Notes: generated from the sequence alone by a model not told the origin. Positions 16,404 through 25,608 are shown, numbered from the stretch's first letter. The stretch is DNA of 32,000 bases from Edaphobacter aggregans (GCF_003945235.1 NZ_RSDW01000001.1:1050001-1082000), one strand, 5' to 3'. A program made the numbers and translations.

Positions 16404-16825
16404 TTGAAATTCAAACTTCGTCCATCATTAGTACTTACGGTGCTCCTGGTTGGGCTTTGTCAGACGATCTTCGCGCAAGACTTCGACTTAGCAGCACCAG
16501 GCGCGGTGCCTCCTCCTACCTTGGCCACCGGCGGCGCTGCCACGCTATTTCAGAATGTCCGCATCTTCGACGGTAATAAGTGCCACGCTCTCAGCTCCCT
16601 CCAACGTGCTGGTTAGAAACCACGTCATTGAACTCATATCTGTAAGTCCGATTCATTAATCCTTATCCCGGCAAACTGGGTGTCGTCGAAGAGGGCGCAC
16701 TTGCAGATTTGATGTTGATCGATGGCAATCCCTTGGAAAACATCAAGCTCATCGAAGATCCTGGCAAAAACTTATTGGTCATCATGAAGGATGGCACGAT
16801 CAACAAAAATACGCTGCCTCGGTGA
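16404..16825 (+). pseudogene. amidohydrolase remnant (frameshifted and internally deleted)
   Basis: A TTG at 16404 after AAGGGA opens a signal peptide and N-terminus (KFKLRPSLVLTVLLVGLCQTIFAQ...LFQNVRIFDGN). The next conserved stretch PSNVLVRNHVIELIS is in the +1 frame from about 16597, with a stop at 16657-16659. The extreme C-terminus PGKLGVVEEGALADLMLIDGNPLENIKLIEDPGKNLLVIMKDGTI is in a third frame (16661-16825). The roughly 300-codon catalytic core is absent. Confidence 0.7.
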
Positions 16826-16865
16826 GGACATTTTCATAAGAGACTCAGACCGCATCCAAATCATT

Positions 16866-18518
16866 ATGAGCGAAGAGCCTGCTGTCATAGCAGCCGCGAA
16901 GATTGACCAGAGAGACTCATGGAAGGCGATGACGATTATTGGCCTCGGGCAGGGGCTGATGACGTTCAATGTCAGTGCACTGCCCATCTCCATGAGCGGC
17001 ATTGTTGGAAGCTTCCACGTTCCACCTACCGCCGTGGGTACTGTGATTGTCGTTCACTCGTTGTGCGTCGCGGCCTTTGTCATGCTGGGCGCCAAGCTCG
17101 GGCAGATCTACGGATCGAGAACAGTGTTCCGGGTGATGAGCGCCGTCTACGCCGTCTCAATGGTGATGACGACGTTTGCTCCCAATATAGCCGTCATGCT
17201 AGCGGCCCAGGCCATCGCCGGAGTGGCAGCCGCTGCCGGCGTTCCCACGCTGGTCGTTCTGATCGCCAATAACTATAGAGGCAGGCAACAAGGCCAGGCA
17301 CTCGGTTTGTTGGGCGGTATTACCGCGCTGGCAGGGATGCTGGCGTTCTTCGCAGCCGGAGCACTGGAAACCCTGGCGACATGGCGTTACACCTTCGCAA
17401 TTCTCATCCCATGGTCGATTGGGCTAGCCTACTTCGGACGCCAGCTTACCCCGGTGGACAAAGTTCCCGGAATCAAGATCGATTTACTGGGCGTGGTACT
17501 CTCCGCGTCCGCCATCATCCTCATTAGTCTCGGCTTCAACAATCTCAACTACTGGGGTGTCCTTCTGGCGAGACCCGCCGCTCTGTTCAATCTCGGTGGT
17601 CTGTCGCCGGCACCGGTGATGATCCTGTTGGGCCTTGTATTGGGCCAGGGATTTTTCGTGTGGTCGCAGCGTCGCGTCGCGAGCGGAAAGACGCCTCTTC
17701 TAGCGCTTCAGGTTATCGAGGGACGCCAGGAGCAGGTGACGGTACTGGCTATGCTGATTATCGTCCTACTCGGTAAGGCACTGACTTTCCTCATGCCGCT
17801 TTACATAGAGATTATTCAAGGTGGATCGAGCTTCCAAACCGCGGTCTACCTCATTCCGTATCAGCTCTCGCTCTTCGTTGCTGCGGTGTTCATCGTCCGC
17901 TTGTATGGCACACTGTCGCCACAGGATATCGCTCGCTACTCTTTCGTCATTGTCGCCGTTGGGTTTGTAGGCTTAGGAGTGACGTTTCAGAACGACTGGA
18001 ACAATCTGGCAGTCATCTTTTTTCTTATCGTGATCGGCATCGGCCAGGGTTCACTGGCGACACTCCTGTTCAACGTCCTGGTAACTTCTTCGCGGAAAAA
18101 ATTCGCGGGTGACGTCGGTTCGCTGCGGGGCACTACCAATAACCTGGCCTCTGCACTAGGTACCGCAATTGCGGGCGCACTTATGGTTGGCGTTTTGAGC
18201 CTTAACGTCGAACGTAGTTTGATAGACCACCCAACCCTTCCACCGGAATTGATCAAGCTGGTGGATCTCGACACCGTGACGTTCATCAGCAACGATCATC
18301 TTATCGACGCGCTAAAAGCCATTGGAACAAAGCCCGAACACATTCTCGAATCAGTACGCATCAACGCGGAAGCGCGGCTGCAGGCGCTGCGCCTGTCGCT
18401 ATTCTTTTTAGGGGGCTTGGCGTTTATGGTGATCATCCCTACCAGAGGTTTGCCCAAGCATATCGCCGGTCCCGAACCGAGCGGGCACGAAGAAACGTCA
18501 GAGTCTGGCGACAAGTGA
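16866..18518 (+). CDS. MFS transporter (14-TMS drug/H+ antiporter-like)
   Basis: About 14 hydrophobic segments, typical MFS loops (GAKLGQIYGSR), and a long hydrophilic loop before the last TMS. The ATG at 16866 (MSEEPAV) avoids overlap with the amidohydrolase remnant. Confidence 0.8.
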   Translation: MSEEPAVIAAAKIDQRDSWKAMTIIGLGQGLMTFNVSALPISMSGIVGSFHVPPTAVGTVIVVHSLCVAAFVMLGAKLGQIYGSRTVFRVMSAVYAVSMVMTTFAPNIAVMLAAQAIAGVAAAAGVPTLVVLIANNYRGRQQGQALGLLGGITALAGMLAFFAAGALETLATWRYTFAILIPWSIGLAYFGRQLTPVDKVPGIKIDLLGVVLSASAIILISLGFNNLNYWGVLLARPAALFNLGGLSPAPVMILLGLVLGQGFFVWSQRRVASGKTPLLALQVIEGRQEQVTVLAMLIIVLLGKALTFLMPLYIEIIQGGSSFQTAVYLIPYQLSLFVAAVFIVRLYGTLSPQDIARYSFVIVAVGFVGLGVTFQNDWNNLAVIFFLIVIGIGQGSLATLLFNVLVTSSRKKFAGDVGSLRGTTNNLASALGTAIAGALMVGVLSLNVERSLIDHPTLPPELIKLVDLDTVTFISNDHLIDALKAIGTKPEHILESVRINAEARLQALRLSLFFLGGLAFMVIIPTRGLPKHIAGPEPSGHEETSESGDK

Positions 18519-18540
18519 CTTGTGCCCACCACGAAGACAG

Positions 18541-19815
18541 CTAATGCTGGGCCCGCAGCAGCGCGATGACCTGCTCAGCGTGAACGACACCCACAAGACG
18601 TTTGTCACGGTCGACAACAGGCAGTGAATGAAGGTTGTATTTATCGAAGAGCTCCGCAACCTTGCGGCCGTGAGCGTCCGCATCGCAGGTAACCAGATGG
18701 CCGTGCGGCAGTTCGTCGAGGACAGACTCAGGAGCCGCCAGCAGCAGCCGGGCAACCGGAATGATTCCAGTGATGCGTTCGTCAGCATCAAGCAGGTAGA
18801 CGTCAGTGATGATCTCGATATCACCCTCAAAGTCGCGGAAAGCCTGCACAGCATCCCCCACAGAAGAGGTCACGGGCAAAGCAATGTACTCAGTGGTCAT
18901 CCGGCCTGCAGCAGAGTCCCCCTCGAACTCGAGCAGTTCCTCAACTTCTTGGCGCTCTTCTGGATCCATCTCTTCGAGAATGGCCTCCGAACGCTCTTCA
19001 GGCAGTTCAGCAAGCAGGTCCGCTGCTGCGCCTGGATCCATCTCCTCGACGATGCCCGCAATCTGCTCGGAGCCCAGCGACTCGATAAGCGACTGTTGCA
19101 TCTTCGGTTTGATCTCTTCGAGAGCCTCGGCAGCGACCTCCTCGTCAAGGCTCTCAAATAGTGCCTGCCGTTCCGCAGGAGCCAACTCTTCGAGGATATC
19201 GGCGATATCAGACGGGTGCATCTGAGATAGTCGATCCTGATCGATCTTGAGCCGAACGCGACGCTCGGGGTCGATCAGGTCCACGAAGTCCCAGGGAATC
19301 ACGCTGGGGCTGAAGCGATCCGCGAGACGTTCGACTGTAGTGGCTGGCAAGCCCTTCAGCAGACGACGAACCGCTCCACGCATCCCGACTTCGACCTCGG
19401 CAATACGCAGCGAGAGGTCAGGACTGTCCTCCTGGGCTGGCTCCCATGTCAGATTAACGTCATTGACGCGAACGACTTTGCGCCCATGAACGTCGATGAT
19501 CTGCTGGTCAAGCAGGTCGCGTTCGAGCAAAAGATAAGTCTCGTCATCGGACAGCGGCGCGGGAATAGCGCCCTCTCGAAGCTGAATCGCACCCGACGGC
19601 GTGTGGCACAGTTCATTGACGTAAACAAAGGAAGGCCGATCACCGCGCTTGCTCGCGACCAGCTTGAGCACAAGACCGTAAACATGCGACGCATTGACCG
19701 AAGGAGCCACGGCAAACTCGCGCACATGGCCGACCGCACTCCCCGTCGCATCGACCACCGGAGTCCCCATCAGCGAGGCGATGCTCGTCGTCTTGTGATT
19801 GTCATGCTTGGTCAC
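18541..19815 (-). CDS. soluble PRC-barrel / MgtE-N / CBS-pair protein (no membrane domain)
   Basis: N-terminal PRC-like blocks (LMGTPVVDATGSAVGHVREFAV; IIDVHGRKVVRVNDV). Acidic helical MgtE-N region (DIADILEELAPAERQALFESLDEEVAAEALEE...). Two CBS motifs at the C-terminus. No hydrophobic segment is present. Confidence 0.75.
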   Translation of the reverse strand: MTKHDNHKTTSIASLMGTPVVDATGSAVGHVREFAVAPSVNASHVYGLVLKLVASKRGDRPSFVYVNELCHTPSGAIQLREGAIPAPLSDDETYLLLERDLLDQQIIDVHGRKVVRVNDVNLTWEPAQEDSPDLSLRIAEVEVGMRGAVRRLLKGLPATTVERLADRFSPSVIPWDFVDLIDPERRVRLKIDQDRLSQMHPSDIADILEELAPAERQALFESLDEEVAAEALEEIKPKMQQSLIESLGSEQIAGIVEEMDPGAAADLLAELPEERSEAILEEMDPEERQEVEELLEFEGDSAAGRMTTEYIALPVTSSVGDAVQAFRDFEGDIEIITDVYLLDADERITGIIPVARLLLAAPESVLDELPHGHLVTCDADAHGRKVAELFDKYNLHSLPVVDRDKRLVGVVHAEQVIALLRAQH

Positions 19816-19827
19816 GGTCGAGTTTTC

Positions 19828-21876
19828 CTACCAGACCTTACATACTTGCGCTTTTACCATCCGCTGTCCAGCCTTGCACCCAAATGCCGTCGCGAACTGC
19901 GGCATGTTGGTCACAATGCCATTGATCCGCGCAAACCCCGGCGAATGCGGATCGGTAAGCGCCTGCAGCCTGCTGTTTGCCTCACGAGTGTTCTCGCACG
20001 CCCACTGGGCAAAGCCGATAAAAAATCTCTGGTCAGGCGTAAAGCCCTCCTCCGGCTTCAAGTCAGCCCCGGCCGTAGCCTTCTTCCACGCAATGTAAGC
20101 AATTAGCGTCCCGCCAAGATCAGCCACATCCTCGCCGCTAGTCAGCTTGCTGTTGATATGAATGTCATCGACCACAACATACGTAGCGAACTGATCGCGG
20201 AGGCAGTTGATGCGGTCCTCAAACCCCTTCGCATCGTCCTTCGTCCACCAGTCCTTCAGGTTGCCCTGAGCATCGAACTGCCTTCCCTCATCGTCGAAAC
20301 CATGCGTAAGCTCATGCCCAATCGTTGAGCCAGTATTCCCATAGTTAGGCGCATCGTCCAGCTTCGCGTCATACAACGGCGGCTGCAACACGCCAGCTGG
20401 AAAATTAACGTCATTCATCTGTGGATTGTAATAAGCATTCACCGTAGGCGGAGTCATATCCCACTCATTACGATCCACCGGCTTGCCAACCTTGGCCCAG
20501 TCCCGAGTATTCTCAAAATCCGCCGCACGCACCGCATTGCCATAATAATCATCAGGCTTAATGGTCAGCGACGAGTAATCCCGCCACTTATCCGGATATC
20601 CAATCTTGTTCCGCACCGCATGCAGCTTCCGCAACGCCTCGGCTTTCGTCGCCGGACTCATCCAGTTAAGCTGCTCGATCTCGCCCTGCATCGCCTGCTC
20701 GATCTGGTCCGTCATCACGACAGTCTTCTGCTTCGTCTCTGGCGAAAAAGTACGCCGCACAAACTCCTGCCCTAACGCCTCACCCAGCGCACGATCAACC
20801 TGCCGCACGCACCGCTTCCATCGCGGAGGCATCTGCTGCGTCCCACGCATGTAGCGGCTGTAAAAATCAAAATTCGCCGTCTCAAACGGGGAAGAAAGCG
20901 AAGGAGCAGCCGCCGTCACAACATGAAAGCGCAGATAAGCCTTAAGCGCATCCAGTGGCTCATTCATAAGAATGGCATCGACAGCTTTCTGAAACTCCGG
21001 CTGCGAAAGATTCAGCGTCGTCACATTCGGAACACCCTGCGCCGCCAGATAATCCGGCCACGAAACAACCGGGCTGCGAGCCGAAAGCTCAGCCACAGTC
21101 ATCTTGTGGTACTGCTTATACGGATCGCGCCGTTCCACACGCGTCAGCGAAGCTTTCGCCAGCGCCGTCTCAATGCGCATAACGGTAGCCGCATCCTGTT
21201 TTGCCTGCGCAGCCGGAACCCCAGCCAACTCCAGAATCTGCGCAACATAGGCTAAATACTTCTGCCGCGTCTCCTCGCTCTTGGCATCGGTCTTCAGGTA
21301 GTAGTCGCGATCAGGCAGACCAAGCCCGCCAGCAGCGATATCCGCAATCACCTGGTTCGAATCCCCCGGATCCTGCGTCGAGCCGGAATTAAAGAAAAAC
21401 GTCCCCCGCGTATGCCGATTCAGCGGCCCAAGATACGCAATCAGCGCCTTGCGGTCAGAAAGCTTGTCAATCGCCGCCAACTCCGGAGCCAGCGGAGCGG
21501 CCCCGCGCTTATCGATGGCAGCCGTATCCATGCAAGCCGCAAAGTAGTCGCCGATCTTCTGCTGGAGTGGCGTACGATCACTCCCCTTCGCGTCAGCCTC
21601 CAGAATCCCCCACAGAAACTGCTGGTTGTCATTGGCCAGCTTGCTATAAACGTCCCACCGAGCCTGATCGGCAGGAACGGGATTATTCTTCATCCACCCG
21701 CCGCAGGCAAACTTGTAAAAGTCCGTACAAGGGTCGACAGACTTATCAAGCGAGCTCACATCGAGACTCGGCGAGTAAGGCATGGCCTGCAGGGGCTTAG
21801 CTACAGACGACTGCTGGGCAAACGCGTTTGCGCCAGCCAGAAGAACGGCAAAAAGGGGGGCGAAGGCAACTCGCAT
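19828..21876 (-). CDS. M13-family zinc metallopeptidase (PepO / endothelin-converting-enzyme-like), secreted
   Basis: HELTHGFD zinc motif, a downstream ENxADxGG-like GEDVADLGG, and C-terminal ...CKVW. The ATG at 21876 gives signal peptide MRVAFAPLFAVLLAGANAFAQ after a GAGGAA RBS. The listed 22209 start adds 111 aa that look non-coding. Confidence 0.9.
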   Translation of the reverse strand: MRVAFAPLFAVLLAGANAFAQQSSVAKPLQAMPYSPSLDVSSLDKSVDPCTDFYKFACGGWMKNNPVPADQARWDVYSKLANDNQQFLWGILEADAKGSDRTPLQQKIGDYFAACMDTAAIDKRGAAPLAPELAAIDKLSDRKALIAYLGPLNRHTRGTFFFNSGSTQDPGDSNQVIADIAAGGLGLPDRDYYLKTDAKSEETRQKYLAYVAQILELAGVPAAQAKQDAATVMRIETALAKASLTRVERRDPYKQYHKMTVAELSARSPVVSWPDYLAAQGVPNVTTLNLSQPEFQKAVDAILMNEPLDALKAYLRFHVVTAAAPSLSSPFETANFDFYSRYMRGTQQMPPRWKRCVRQVDRALGEALGQEFVRRTFSPETKQKTVVMTDQIEQAMQGEIEQLNWMSPATKAEALRKLHAVRNKIGYPDKWRDYSSLTIKPDDYYGNAVRAADFENTRDWAKVGKPVDRNEWDMTPPTVNAYYNPQMNDVNFPAGVLQPPLYDAKLDDAPNYGNTGSTIGHELTHGFDDEGRQFDAQGNLKDWWTKDDAKGFEDRINCLRDQFATYVVVDDIHINSKLTSGEDVADLGGTLIAYIAWKKATAGADLKPEEGFTPDQRFFIGFAQWACENTREANSRLQALTDPHSPGFARINGIVTNMPQFATAFGCKAGQRMVKAQVCKVW

Positions 21877-22111
21877 CGCAATATTCCTCGTCTTCGCATA
21901 GTAGCTCACCGAATCGGCGATTTGGCCGATTAGGTGACAAGGTGATACCAATGTGCTGTAAACGGAGGCGATCTTGGGAAGAAAGACGAAGCGACCATCC
22001 TTGACATTCGAGGCTTCCACAAGCACACTGCCATCATCGCTGGTGTCTGCCGTTGACGACTGGCATACAGAAACTGCAAGGACAGCCTTGGCCGACTCAA
22101 CGACAAGCCGT

Positions 22112-22528
22112 ATGACCTTTACCCTTGACTCGTCCCTCGATAGCGTCAACAAGATTGAGCAGATCGCAGAGCAATACGCCTCGCGGGCCGGATTCGACGA
22201 AGACACCATCCCTCACATCGCCATGGCCGTGCGCGAGGCAGCCGTCAACGCCGTCCTCCACGGCAATGCCTACGACCCTCACAAGCACATCACGGCCGCA
22301 TTCGAGACAACCTCTGACGCGCTCACGATCCGAATTACCGATCAGGGCCCAGGCCTCGACCCGGACACCCTCCCCGACCCCCTCGCGCCAGAAAATATCC
22401 TCCGAGGCTCCGGTCGCGGCATCTTTCTGATACGAGCCTTCATGGATGAGGTACACTTTCGGCAGCTACACCCTGGCACCGAACTGACCCTCATCAAGCA
22501 TCGCACACCCGCGCAGTCGGGGACTTAA
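22112..22528 (+). CDS. anti-sigma-factor-type serine kinase (RsbW/SpoIIAB-like, HATPase_c_2)
   Basis: N box [13 protein letters not shown] and G boxes TDQGPGLD and [14 protein letters not shown]. The family-typical N-terminus begins at the ATG at 22112. Confidence 0.8.
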   Translation: MTFTLDSSLDSVNKIEQIAEQYASRAGFDEDTIPHIAMAVREAAVNAVLHGNAYDPHKHITAAFETTSDALTIRITDQGPGLDPDTLPDPLAPENILRGSGRGIFLIRAFMDEVHFRQLHPGTELTLIKHRTPAQSGT

Positions 22529-22542
22529 GGAGAAGACGACAC

Positions 22543-22890
22543 ATGAGCATGAAAGTATCTACTCGCCAAGTGGACGGCGTTACCATTCTGGATCTTAGCG
22601 GACGCATCACCCTCGGCGAAGGCAGCGTAACGATTCGCGACGCCGTTCGCGACGTGCTGGCCAAGGGCTCCAACAAGATTCTGCTTAACCTCGGCGATAT
22701 CAATTACATCGACAGCTCAGGCATCGGCGAGCTGGTCAGCGCCTTCACCACGGTGAAGAACAGCGGCGGCGAGCTGAAGCTGCTCAACCTGACCAAAAAG
22801 GTCCATGACCTCCTCCAGATCACCAAGCTGTACACCGTCTTCGACGTGAAGGACGACGAGGCTTCCGCAATCTCCTCTTTCACCAAGTAA
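22543..22890 (+). CDS. STAS-domain anti-sigma-factor antagonist (RsbV/SpoIIAA-like)
   Basis: 115 aa with the phosphorylatable-serine block [13 protein letters not shown]. It starts 14 nt after the kinase gene. Confidence 0.85.
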   Translation: MSMKVSTRQVDGVTILDLSGRITLGEGSVTIRDAVRDVLAKGSNKILLNLGDINYIDSSGIGELVSAFTTVKNSGGELKLLNLTKKVHDLLQITKLYTVFDVKDDEASAISSFTK

Positions 22891-22911
22891 ACCAGTCCAG
22901 CCGACATCAAA

Positions 22912-22943
22912 AGAGGCCGCCGCATCCCTTTGCGACGGCCTCT
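22912..22943. terminator. hairpin between convergent STAS and LemA genes (possible bidirectional terminator)
   Basis: AGAGGCCGCCGCA, a 6-nt loop, then TGCGACGGCCTCT pair at 12 of 13 positions. It is flanked by TTCTCCT on the plus strand and TTTGATG on the minus strand. Confidence 0.5.
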
Positions 22944-22955
22944 TTCTCCTGTCCC

Positions 22956-23540
22956 CTACTTCGAAAAATCAACCTTCGGAGCCACACTGTTCTCCGGATT
23001 GCCCTTGAAGTACTCGTCGCGATAGTGGAAGCCCGCAATCCCAGCCCATATGCTATTCGGGAATTGCCGCACGAAGACGTTGTAATCCTCCAGCGTCTTG
23101 TTGTATCTCTGGCGTTCCACAGCGATGCGGTTTTCCGTTCCGGCCAGCTCATCCTGCAGGCGCATGAACTGATCGTTCCCCTTCAGGTTCGGATATTGCT
23201 CCTGCAGCCGAAAGAACGGTCCCAGAGCAACGTCCATCTTGGAATTGGCGTTGATACTGCTCGCACGGTCGGACCCCGCAGCCAAAATGCCAGCACGCGC
23301 ATTGGCAATGTTGGTCAAAATGGTCGACTCTTCCGCTACGTATCCCTTCACCGACGCAACCAGGTTCGGAATCAGGTCCAGACGCCGTTGCTGCACCACG
23401 CTGACCTGCGAGTACGCCTGATTGATGGCCTCATTCTTCTGCACCAGCGTGTTCTTTGTGCTGATGTAGCTGCCACCGGCAAATAAAAGCACCAGTATAA
23501 GAAGACCGACAACACCAAGTACAACCCATAAAGATTTCAT
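22956..23540 (-). CDS. LemA-family protein
   Basis: Single N-terminal TM segment, then the LemA signature region (QVSVVQQRRLDLIPNLVASVKGYVAEESTIL..IANARA; NRIAVERQRYN). The ATG at 23540 follows GAGGAAAC. Confidence 0.85.
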   Translation of the reverse strand: MKSLWVVLGVVGLLILVLLFAGGSYISTKNTLVQKNEAINQAYSQVSVVQQRRLDLIPNLVASVKGYVAEESTILTNIANARAGILAAGSDRASSINANSKMDVALGPFFRLQEQYPNLKGNDQFMRLQDELAGTENRIAVERQRYNKTLEDYNVFVRQFPNSIWAGIAGFHYRDEYFKGNPENSVAPKVDFSK

Positions 23541-23666
23541 GTTTCCTCTATTTCCCTTCATCTGAAGTTGCGATGTACTTCTTTGGCAGGTCTATCGGCT
23601 GTACTGTATCACTACCGCCGAATCAGGCTGCCCTTCCTAGCGAATAGTTGGTCTACATAGGTACCC

Positions 23667-24467
23667 TCAAAAGTCTCCGCTTGCGCCACCACCACCGGAG
23701 CTTCCCCCGCCGAAGCCGCCAAAGCCGCCGCCGCCGCCGCCGTCGTCCCTGTCCCGGCCTCCTCCACCATAACCGCGGCCGCCACCCCCGCCCATCAGGT
23801 TCCCCAGCAGGAAGAAGATCAGACCGACATTACCGGTCTTCACCAGGAAGAAGAGGATCAGCAGGATTGCGCCGCCCCCAAGCATAATCTGAAACAGGCT
23901 CAGGTGAACCGGCTGCGACACCGGCTCTCGGCGATAGCTGTGAACGGGTTGATCCAGCGTCAGGGTGACACCGGCATCCTTGGCAATGACCTGGGCAATC
24001 TGCTGCACCCCCAGCGGAATGGCCGTGTTGTAGTCACCCTGGCTCGCCGCCGGAACCATAGAGCGGCCAATGTCCCCCACCTTGGCATCATTCAGGATGC
24101 CCTCAAGGCCGTACCCGACCTCGATGCGGCCACGCCTGGGAGTCATCACCAGCAGCATCAAGACCCCGCGATCGGTGCCCTTGGCCCCCACCTTCCACTT
24201 CTCTTCAAGCGCTGTAGCGAACTCCTCGATCGAGGAATCATCCTCAATCCTTTTGATCGTGACCACGGCAATCTGGGCATGGGCCTTGCGATCCACCTGA
24301 GCGCAAAGGTCCTCCACACTCTGCTTTACCGAAGGCGAAAGAACACCAGCAAAATCATTCACATAACCGGTAGGAGGCGGAAGAGTCGCGACCGCCTGGG
24401 CGTGAACCGCCCCAGCCGGGGCTACCAGCAAAAGAACGACAATCAACCATCTTGCAACACGGGTCAT
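23667..24467 (-). CDS. TPM-domain (YgcG-like) protein with C-terminal TM and Gly-rich tail
   Basis: Signal peptide, then a TPM block (GYVNDFAGVLS...QIAVVTI...RGVLMLLV...RIEVGYGLEG..ND), a TM segment, and the tail GGGGGRGYGGGGRDRDDGGGGGGFGGFGGG. Confidence 0.8.
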   Translation of the reverse strand: MTRVARWLIVVLLLVAPAGAVHAQAVATLPPPTGYVNDFAGVLSPSVKQSVEDLCAQVDRKAHAQIAVVTIKRIEDDSSIEEFATALEEKWKVGAKGTDRGVLMLLVMTPRRGRIEVGYGLEGILNDAKVGDIGRSMVPAASQGDYNTAIPLGVQQIAQVIAKDAGVTLTLDQPVHSYRREPVSQPVHLSLFQIMLGGGAILLILFFLVKTGNVGLIFFLLGNLMGGGGGRGYGGGGRDRDDGGGGGGFGGFGGGSSGGGGASGDF

Positions 24468-24529
24468 TGATGGCCATTCTACGCTCTACGCTTGCAAAGC
24501 CGGTTTACCCCTTTTCCGCGCCAGCTCTT

Positions 24530-24928
24530 GTCTTTGTCTTCGCCTTTCTTGGTTGTCATCCCGTAGGGATCTGCTTCTGTAGTTGTCGTTGTTCTCGCAT
24601 CTAGGTACCCAAGGCTTCAGCCTTGGGTTTCTCTCCTCTATCAAGAAAGGGCTTTAAGCCCTTGGGGTATGCCCTCCTGACCGCCCCCGAAACCTTGTCA
24701 AGCCCCCAAACCAAGCATCCTACACATTCCAAAGCACATCCTCGTGGCCTAATAATTCCCCTCCACCCGCTATAATAGGAACAGAGATAAAAAGAGCCTC
24801 GGCAAAGCCGAGGCTCTTCGCACTTAACGTCCGGACTGCCGCCTACCCGAAGTCCAGACTTAACTTACTTGTTTCTAAGACTTTAGAACCAGAAGTACCC
24901 CAGAGGGAGGGGTTACTTTACCGAACCA
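24530..24928 (+). repeat. non-coding structured module, copy A (orphan copy)
   Basis: Aligns by eye over most of its length with the reverse complement of 30920-31289. Exact shared blocks include 24755-24772 = rc 31072-31089 (18 nt), 24690-24708 = rc 31135-31153 (19 nt) and 24849-24859 = rc 30990-31000. It contains hairpins CCCAAGGC-ttca-GCCTTGGG and AGAGCCTCGGC-aaa-GCCGAGGCTCT, plus a TATAAT at 24771-24776. Confidence 0.8.
24787..24817 (-). terminator. hairpin + U-tract that can terminate the DUF4142 transcript (embedded in repeat copy A)
   Basis: Minus strand has AGAGCCTCGGC-ttt-GCCGAGGCTCT (perfect 11-bp stem, 24793-24817) followed by TTTTTAT. It lies about 115 nt downstream of the DUF4142 stop. 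Confidence 0.6.
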
Positions 24929-24933
24929 GCACA

Positions 24934-25608
24934 CTAATTGTTCGAAGGCGGTGCAGGCTTGGCGGAGCCGTGGTCGGGGATAGTAAGCCCCTTGGCTCGA
25001 GCCAGCTTGGCCCCTGTAACCAGGTGCAAATGGATCACGCTCGCGCCGTTATCCACAGCAGCCTTCAACTCCGGATCGGAGGTGCTGACGGCTTCCACGC
25101 GAAACTCGCGGAGGGCCTCGTGGTGATCCTTCACCATGTACACAAGGTATTCCTTGTCGAAGTCGTCCCCCGACATTCCGTTGAGCTTGTCGTATTCAAC
25201 CTGGTCGTCTTTGGCCATCTTTTTAGGCAGCATGACCCCCATGGAGCCTGCGATGGGTGCCATATCGTTATTGAGCTTGGTGTGGTCATCCACCATCTTC
25301 TGCCCATAATCTTTGACATCCTGACTGTTGGCCTTCACAGCCGCCAGCTTGCCAAGTTGAACTTCACCCAGACCGCCCTCGGCGGCCTTACGCAGAAACA
25401 TCTTGTCCTTCATCTCCTGGGCCGTATCGTTCGGCCGACCGGTCGAGTCCTGCATCGAGGGCAGCGTCGTCGGCGACTGTCCAGGACGATTAGGCTGCTG
25501 CGCCTGAGACGGAAGGGGGCCCATAGGATCAGCCTGAGCCAAAAGCGCAGCCGGACTAACGACCATCGCAGCTCCTAAAAGAATGACGCAAACAGTGTGG
25601 GATTTCAT
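24934..25608 (-). CDS. DUF4142-domain secreted protein
   Basis: Signal peptide MKSHTVCVILLGAAMVVSPAALLAQA. Two DUF4142-type helical halves (FLRKAAEGGLGEVQLGKLA...DVKDYGQKMVDDH; FDKEYLVYMVKDHHEAL.EF). Confidence 0.75.
   Translation of the reverse strand: MKSHTVCVILLGAAMVVSPAALLAQADPMGPLPSQAQQPNRPGQSPTTLPSMQDSTGRPNDTAQEMKDKMFLRKAAEGGLGEVQLGKLAAVKANSQDVKDYGQKMVDDHTKLNNDMAPIAGSMGVMLPKKMAKDDQVEYDKLNGMSGDDFDKEYLVYMVKDHHEALREFRVEAVSTSDPELKAAVDNGASVIHLHLVTGAKLARAKGLTIPDHGSAKPAPPSNN

Noticed and set aside
8900-16800. Lower-GC genomic island spanning the two-component/sortase region
   Set aside because: Hand counts of single 60-nt lines gave 42-58% GC here against 62-63% in some flanking lines, but another flanking line gave 38%. 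Without a proper sliding-window calculation the claim is not supportable.
16791-16865. Upstream start of the MFS transporter ORF
   Set aside because: The extension overlaps the C-terminal stub of the amidohydrolase remnant in another frame. The ATG at 16866 gives a normal MFS N-terminus.
21877-22209. 111-aa N-terminal extension of the M13 peptidase ORF, and the 21974 start of the RsbW-like ORF
   Set aside because: A good signal peptide and RBS occur at the internal ATG at 21876. The family-typical N-terminus of the kinase begins at 22112. The extensions overlap each other on opposite strands and look non-coding.
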